Below, piece after piece: positions 28,266 through 32,000 of a stretch of DNA of 32,000 nucleotides (position 1 is its first letter; each line of letters starts with the position of its first letter). Source of the stretch: Desulfotalea psychrophila LSv54 (lineage in GTDB: Bacteria; Desulfobacterota; Desulfobulbia; Desulfobulbales; Desulfocapsaceae); contig NC_006138.1 of assembly GCF_000025945.1 (NCBI RefSeq), positions 210,001-242,000 of the forward strand. Direction: 5' to 3'. A model generated the notes under the pieces. That model was not told the DNA's origin, did no database searches, and saw only the letters and a program-made list of their open reading frames with translations. Made by a program: the position numbers and the translations under genes.

Positions 28266-29035
28266 GAGAAGAAAAGCAAACCGTCTATTTTGTCGGGGCA
28301 GGACCAGGTGACCCCGAACTGATCACCGTCAAGGGCCAACGCCTCCTGCAGGAGGCAGACCTGATCATCTACACCGGTAGTCTGGTGCCCCGAGCCCTGG
28401 TGGAAAACCTGGCGGGGGAGAGCATCAACTCAGCCCCGCTTAACCTCGATGAGGTCTTTACCCTTATCAAAACTGCCCATGCCGAAGGCAAACGAATCGT
28501 CCGCCTTCATACCGGCGATTCGGCCATCTTCGGCGCCATAAACGAGCAACTTGCCCTGCTCCGTGCCCATAGCATTCCCTTCCAGGTAATTCCAGGGGTC
28601 AGCTCGGCCCTGGCCACAGCGGCGGCTCTGGAGACCCAGCTCACCCTGCCCGAGGTTGCGCAAACGGTAATCTTTACCAGAAGAGCAGGACGTACCCCCG
28701 TGCCCGCAGGTGAAGATCTGATCTCTCTGGCCCGGCACGGTTCGACCATGATGATCTTTCTCAGTATCTCCATGATATCCGAGGTTGTAGCAGAACTCCT
28801 TGAGGGCGGATATCCTGTCCATACCCCGGCGGCCGTGGTAGAGAAGGCCAGCTGGCCCGAGGAGAGGATCCTCAGGGGAACGCTCACGAACATTGCCCAG
28901 CAGGTCAAGGATGCCGGCATCACCAAGACGGCCCTGATTGCCGTGGGCCCGGCCATCAGCCTTGAGGCCCCGGAGATCCTCTCTAAACTCTATGACCGAG
29001 GATTTTCACACGAGTACAGACAGGCAAAGCCATGA
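28262..29035 (+). CDS. cbiF: Cobalt-precorrin-4 C11-methyltransferase
   Basis: TVYFVGAGPGDPELITVKGQRLLQEADLIIYTGSLVP, RLHTGDSAIFGAINEQ, PGVSSALATAAALETQLTLPEV. Confidence 0.95.
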   Translation: MREEKQTVYFVGAGPGDPELITVKGQRLLQEADLIIYTGSLVPRALVENLAGESINSAPLNLDEVFTLIKTAHAEGKRIVRLHTGDSAIFGAINEQLALLRAHSIPFQVIPGVSSALATAAALETQLTLPEVAQTVIFTRRAGRTPVPAGEDLISLARHGSTMMIFLSISMISEVVAELLEGGYPVHTPAAVVEKASWPEERILRGTLTNIAQQVKDAGITKTALIAVGPAISLEAPEILSKLYDRGFSHEYRQAKP

Positions 29036-30036
29036 GAATTGCCATCCTGGCCATCACGGCAGGCGGCAAGAAGCTGGCAACAAATATTGCCATCCGGCTC
29101 CCAAACGCCTCGCTTCTAGCGGATGAGGGGAGGGTAGGGGAAAAGTTCAGCCGGCACTGGCAGAGCTTTGATGCCTTTATCTGCATCATGGCCACAGGCA
29201 TTGCCGTGCGCAGTATTGCCCCCCTGCTGGTGGACAAGGCCCGGGACCCGGCTATCCTCGTTCTTGATGAACTGGGCAGGAATGTGATCAGCCTGGTTTC
29301 AGGTCATCTGGGCGGAGCCAACAAACTGGCAGAAGAGGTGGCAGCCCTCACCGGCGGACAGGCTATTATCACCACTGCCTCGGACACCCTGGGACATACG
29401 GCCCTGGACCTCTGGGCCAAAGCCCAAGGATTAAGGGCAGAGAGTCGAGAGGCCCTGACCCGGGCAAGTGCCCGTCTGGTAAATGAGGGAGAGCTAAAGA
29501 TATATGCAGAGATAGCCATCCATAGCCTGCCCCCTGATCTGCACCAGACAGAGACACGGGTGAAGGCCGATATCATCGTCTCCATCTCAACGAAGAGGGA
29601 AGAGGGACAGCTCCTCCTCCATCCCCGTTCTCTGGTGCTGGGTAGCGGCTGTAATCGGGGCACCCCCCGGGAAGATTTTGAGGCGGCACTGACCGAGCTC
29701 TGCGCGAGTCTCACCATCTCGCCTCTAGCCATAGGAAGGCTCTGTTCAATTGATAAGAAAAATGACGAGATCGGTTTGTTAGAGTTTGCCGCAGCCCATG
29801 GCTGGCAGACTGAATTCTTCAGCAAGGCAGAGATAAATCGCCTCACCCATCTACAAACATCGGCAGCCGCCCTTAAGGCTGTTGGCGCCATTGGGGTTGC
29901 AGAGCCCTGTGCCCTGCTTGGCGCAAGACAAAACACTTTATTTTGCGGAAAAAGAAAATGGAAAAATATAACAATGGCAATGGCCCAGGCACCCTCTATG
30001 TTATCGGAACAGGCCCCGGAGCACGCGACCATATAA
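29032..30036 (+). CDS. cbiG: Cobalt-precorrin-5A hydrolase
   Basis: FICIMATGIAVRSIAPLLVDKARDPAILVLDELGRNVISLVSGHLGGANKLAEEVA; GCNRGTP; VAEPCALLGA. Confidence 0.93.
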   Translation: MRIAILAITAGGKKLATNIAIRLPNASLLADEGRVGEKFSRHWQSFDAFICIMATGIAVRSIAPLLVDKARDPAILVLDELGRNVISLVSGHLGGANKLAEEVAALTGGQAIITTASDTLGHTALDLWAKAQGLRAESREALTRASARLVNEGELKIYAEIAIHSLPPDLHQTETRVKADIIVSISTKREEGQLLLHPRSLVLGSGCNRGTPREDFEAALTELCASLTISPLAIGRLCSIDKKNDEIGLLEFAAAHGWQTEFFSKAEINRLTHLQTSAAALKAVGAIGVAEPCALLGARQNTLFCGKRKWKNITMAMAQAPSMLSEQAPEHATI

Positions 30037-30728
30037 TCCCGGCGGCCATAGAGGCCATAGAGAGAGCCGATACCATCATCGGCTATAGCACCTATCTGGA
30101 TCTGATAGAGGAACTACTGGAGGGCAAGGAGGTGATCTCCTCTTCAATGATGAAGGAGGTGGATCGCTGTCGCCTTAGCCTGGAAATGGCCGAGAGCGGC
30201 AAGAGCGTAGCCCTGGTCTCCGGCGGTGATGCAGGGATCTATGCCATGGCCGGACTGGTCCTGGAGATGGCCTCCCAGAACGATTTTCAGGCCGAGATCA
30301 AGATCATTCCGGGGATTGCCGCAGTCAATGCCTGTGCGGCCCGCCTTGGTGCCCCCCTGATGCATGACTTTGCCGCCATCAGCCTCTCCGACCTCCTCAC
30401 CCCCTGGGAGACCATTGTGGCACGCCTTGAGGCAACAGCGTCCACCGATTTTGTGGTGGCTCTCTATAACCCCAAATCCAAACGACGCACCGCCCAGATT
30501 GCCCAGGCCCGGGAGATCTTCCTCAAACACCGCGACCCTGCCAATGTGGTGGGAATTGTCACCGGGGCCACCCGGGAAAACGAGGTGATCACCCTGACCA
30601 CCTTGGACAAGATGCTTGAGTGCGAAATCGGCATGCAGTCAACGGTGATCATCGGCAACAGCAAGACCTTTGTCTGGCGGGATAAGATGATTACTCCTCG
30701 GGGTTATGGGGAGAAGTATCAGCTCTAG
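29958..30728 (+). CDS. cbiH: Cobalt-precorrin-3B C17-methyltransferase
   Basis: LYVIGTGPGARDHIIPAAIEAIERADTIIGYSTYLDLI, VALVSGGDAGIYAMAGLVLE, PGIAAVNACAARLGAPLMHDFAAISLSDLLTPW. Confidence 0.95.
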   Translation: MEKYNNGNGPGTLYVIGTGPGARDHIIPAAIEAIERADTIIGYSTYLDLIEELLEGKEVISSSMMKEVDRCRLSLEMAESGKSVALVSGGDAGIYAMAGLVLEMASQNDFQAEIKIIPGIAAVNACAARLGAPLMHDFAAISLSDLLTPWETIVARLEATASTDFVVALYNPKSKRRTAQIAQAREIFLKHRDPANVVGIVTGATRENEVITLTTLDKMLECEIGMQSTVIIGNSKTFVWRDKMITPRGYGEKYQL

Positions 30729-30741
30729 AAAAAACAGCATA

Positions 30742-30791
30742 TCCCCCTCCTCGCCTCCCCCTTTTTTCAAGGGGGAGAGGTCGGGAGGGGG
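30742..30791. repeat. G/C-rich imperfect inverted repeat (possible terminator/dispersed intergenic repeat) after cbiH
   Basis: ccccctcctcgcctccccctt-ttttc-aagggggagaggtcgggaggggg followed by tttt. Confidence 0.65.
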
Positions 30792-31302
30792 TTTTCTTGG
30801 CGAGGCGAGAGCTCTATAGGGGCAAGGATTTCGCGAAATAAATACTTCACCAAGAGCAAGACCTTCCAGATAATAACACCTCCATCCCCCAGCCTCCACG
30901 GCCGTCCTTAAAACCTTATTGGTCTCAACCATCCTCTCAAAAGAAGTTCCTAAAGGACAAGCACAAGAAAATGCGCTGCGAGCTCCGCATTCTGGGAAAT
31001 TAATAAAACTGAGACATTGAATTATTTCATAAAACTTTTGACAAATATGAACCACGTGGAGAGTTTTCTTATCAGAAAATTACAACAATACCTTCTCAAC
31101 ATTTCAGATGAAATGCATGCAGCAATCTCTCACACAGACATTTCTGGTTTGCTCAGTAACAATCTGGTATTCTGTTAAGCCATTTATTATGGGCTGTTGT
31201 GCTTTTCACGACTGACCCTGCTTGTTCATCCCCCTTCAATGCACTTACTACACCAACTAAGCCCTTGATTAGTTGTATTATTTTCCAACGAGAGTCTTTT
31301 GT

Positions 31303-32000
31303 ATGAAACATAAAATTTTTATCATTGTTTGGCTTTTATTATTTTATTCAACCTCTTCCCATGCAAGCGAAATAGCACAAGAAATTCAAGCCGTAAACGC
31401 CGAAACTCAATTTCGACTGGGATCGCTCTACCACAAAAGCACAGCAGATTCAAAAGATCAGCAAAAGGCATTTTCCTGGTTCCAAAAGAGTGCCCGACTG
31501 GGACATGCCGGTGCCCAGTACCAACTGGCAGTCATGTATTACCAAGGTAAAGGAACTCTAAAAGACCTAAAAAAGGCATTTACCTGGCTGAAGAAGAGCG
31601 CCCAACAAGGAGATGCTTCGGCTCAATATCAACTGGGAATTATGTATTACCAGGGTAAAGGAATGATAAAAGACCCAAAGAGAGCATTTTACTGGCTTGA
31701 AAAAAGTGCCCAGCAGGGAGATGGCAATGCTCAATATCAACTGGCAGCCATGTACCACAACGGTGAGGGAACGCCAAGAAGCCCGATACAAGAACTTTCC
31801 TGGGTGGAAAAGAGTGCTCGACAAGGACACAGGGCTGCTCAATTTCGACTGGGAGTCATGTATTACAGAGGTGAGGGAACGCCAAAAGACCCGAAGAGGG
31901 CATTGCCCTGGGTAGAGAAGAGTGCCCGGCAGGGAAATGCCATGGCTCAATATCAACTGGCAGCCATGTATCACACTGGTAAGGGAACTCTAAAGGATGC
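31303..32000 (+). CDS. Exported Sel1-repeat (TPR-like) protein, 3' truncated by window edge
   Basis: ATG at 31303, signal peptide MKHKIFIIVWLLLFYSTSSHA, then 36-aa units such as AQYQLAVMYYQGKGTLKDLKKAFTWLKKSAQQGD, AQYQLGIMYYQGKGMIKDPKRAFYWLEKSAQQGD; open to base 32000 (not in the supplied ORF track). Confidence 0.9.
   Translation, partial: MKHKIFIIVWLLLFYSTSSHASEIAQEIQAVNAETQFRLGSLYHKSTADSKDQQKAFSWFQKSARLGHAGAQYQLAVMYYQGKGTLKDLKKAFTWLKKSAQQGDASAQYQLGIMYYQGKGMIKDPKRAFYWLEKSAQQGDGNAQYQLAAMYHNGEGTPRSPIQELSWVEKSARQGHRAAQFRLGVMYYRGEGTPKDPKRALPWVEKSARQGNAMAQYQLAAMYHTGKGTLKD

Noticed and set aside
29304-30032. 242-aa minus-strand ORF opposite cbiG
   Set aside because: Antisense to a motif-rich cbiG; Ser/Arg/Ala-rich translation without homology signature.
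30639-31055. 138-aa minus-strand ORF containing PPPDLSPLKKGGGEEGD
   Set aside because: It runs through the G/C-rich intergenic inverted repeat and the end of cbiH; likely spurious.
31567-31974. 135-aa minus-strand repetitive ORF
   Set aside because: It is the reverse-strand shadow of the Sel1 repeats; its periodicity is inherited from the sense gene.
31303-32000. CRISPR-like array suspected from regular repeats at the window end
   Set aside because: Periodicity is 108 nt and translates in one open frame as 36-aa Sel1 units; there are no unique spacers.

Overview
This 32 kb window is gene-dense and looks like a Gram-negative, anaerobic deltaproteobacterial-type chromosome (taxon is an inference from gene content). 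No phage, CRISPR array, tRNA/rRNA or recognisable defence system was found. From left to right: (i) 3' part of a rubrerythrin gene; a MerR regulator / MATE exporter divergon with a recognisable MerR-type promoter; a radical SAM protein; a DMT/EamA transporter. (ii) A same-strand set of globin-coupled diguanylate cyclase, cytochrome P460-like protein and small membrane cytochrome-like protein. (iii) An ORF-poor stretch, then a frameshifted outer-membrane/transporter-like gene and a tandem pair of exported choloylglycine hydrolase / penicillin V acylase-like Ntn hydrolases. (iv) Osmoadaptation genes: proV-proW-proX, a MarR-family regulator and an MscS channel. (v) A large cobalamin biosynthesis/uptake region: cobalamin riboswitch, signal-peptide-bearing cbiK and cbiL on the minus strand (cbiL is frameshifted at an A5 tract), and a divergent plus-strand run of gate-domain membrane protein, FecCD permease, ATPase, binding protein, cbiA, cbiC, cbiD, cbiET, cbiF, cbiG, cbiH. 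(vi) A G/C-rich inverted repeat and the start of a Sel1-repeat protein running off the window. No clearly new system is demonstrated. The most interesting points are the exported cobaltochelatase facing a BtuCDF-like importer fused to the corrin operon, the heme-sensor/P460/membrane-cytochrome gene set, the tandem acylases, and frameshifts in two genes.
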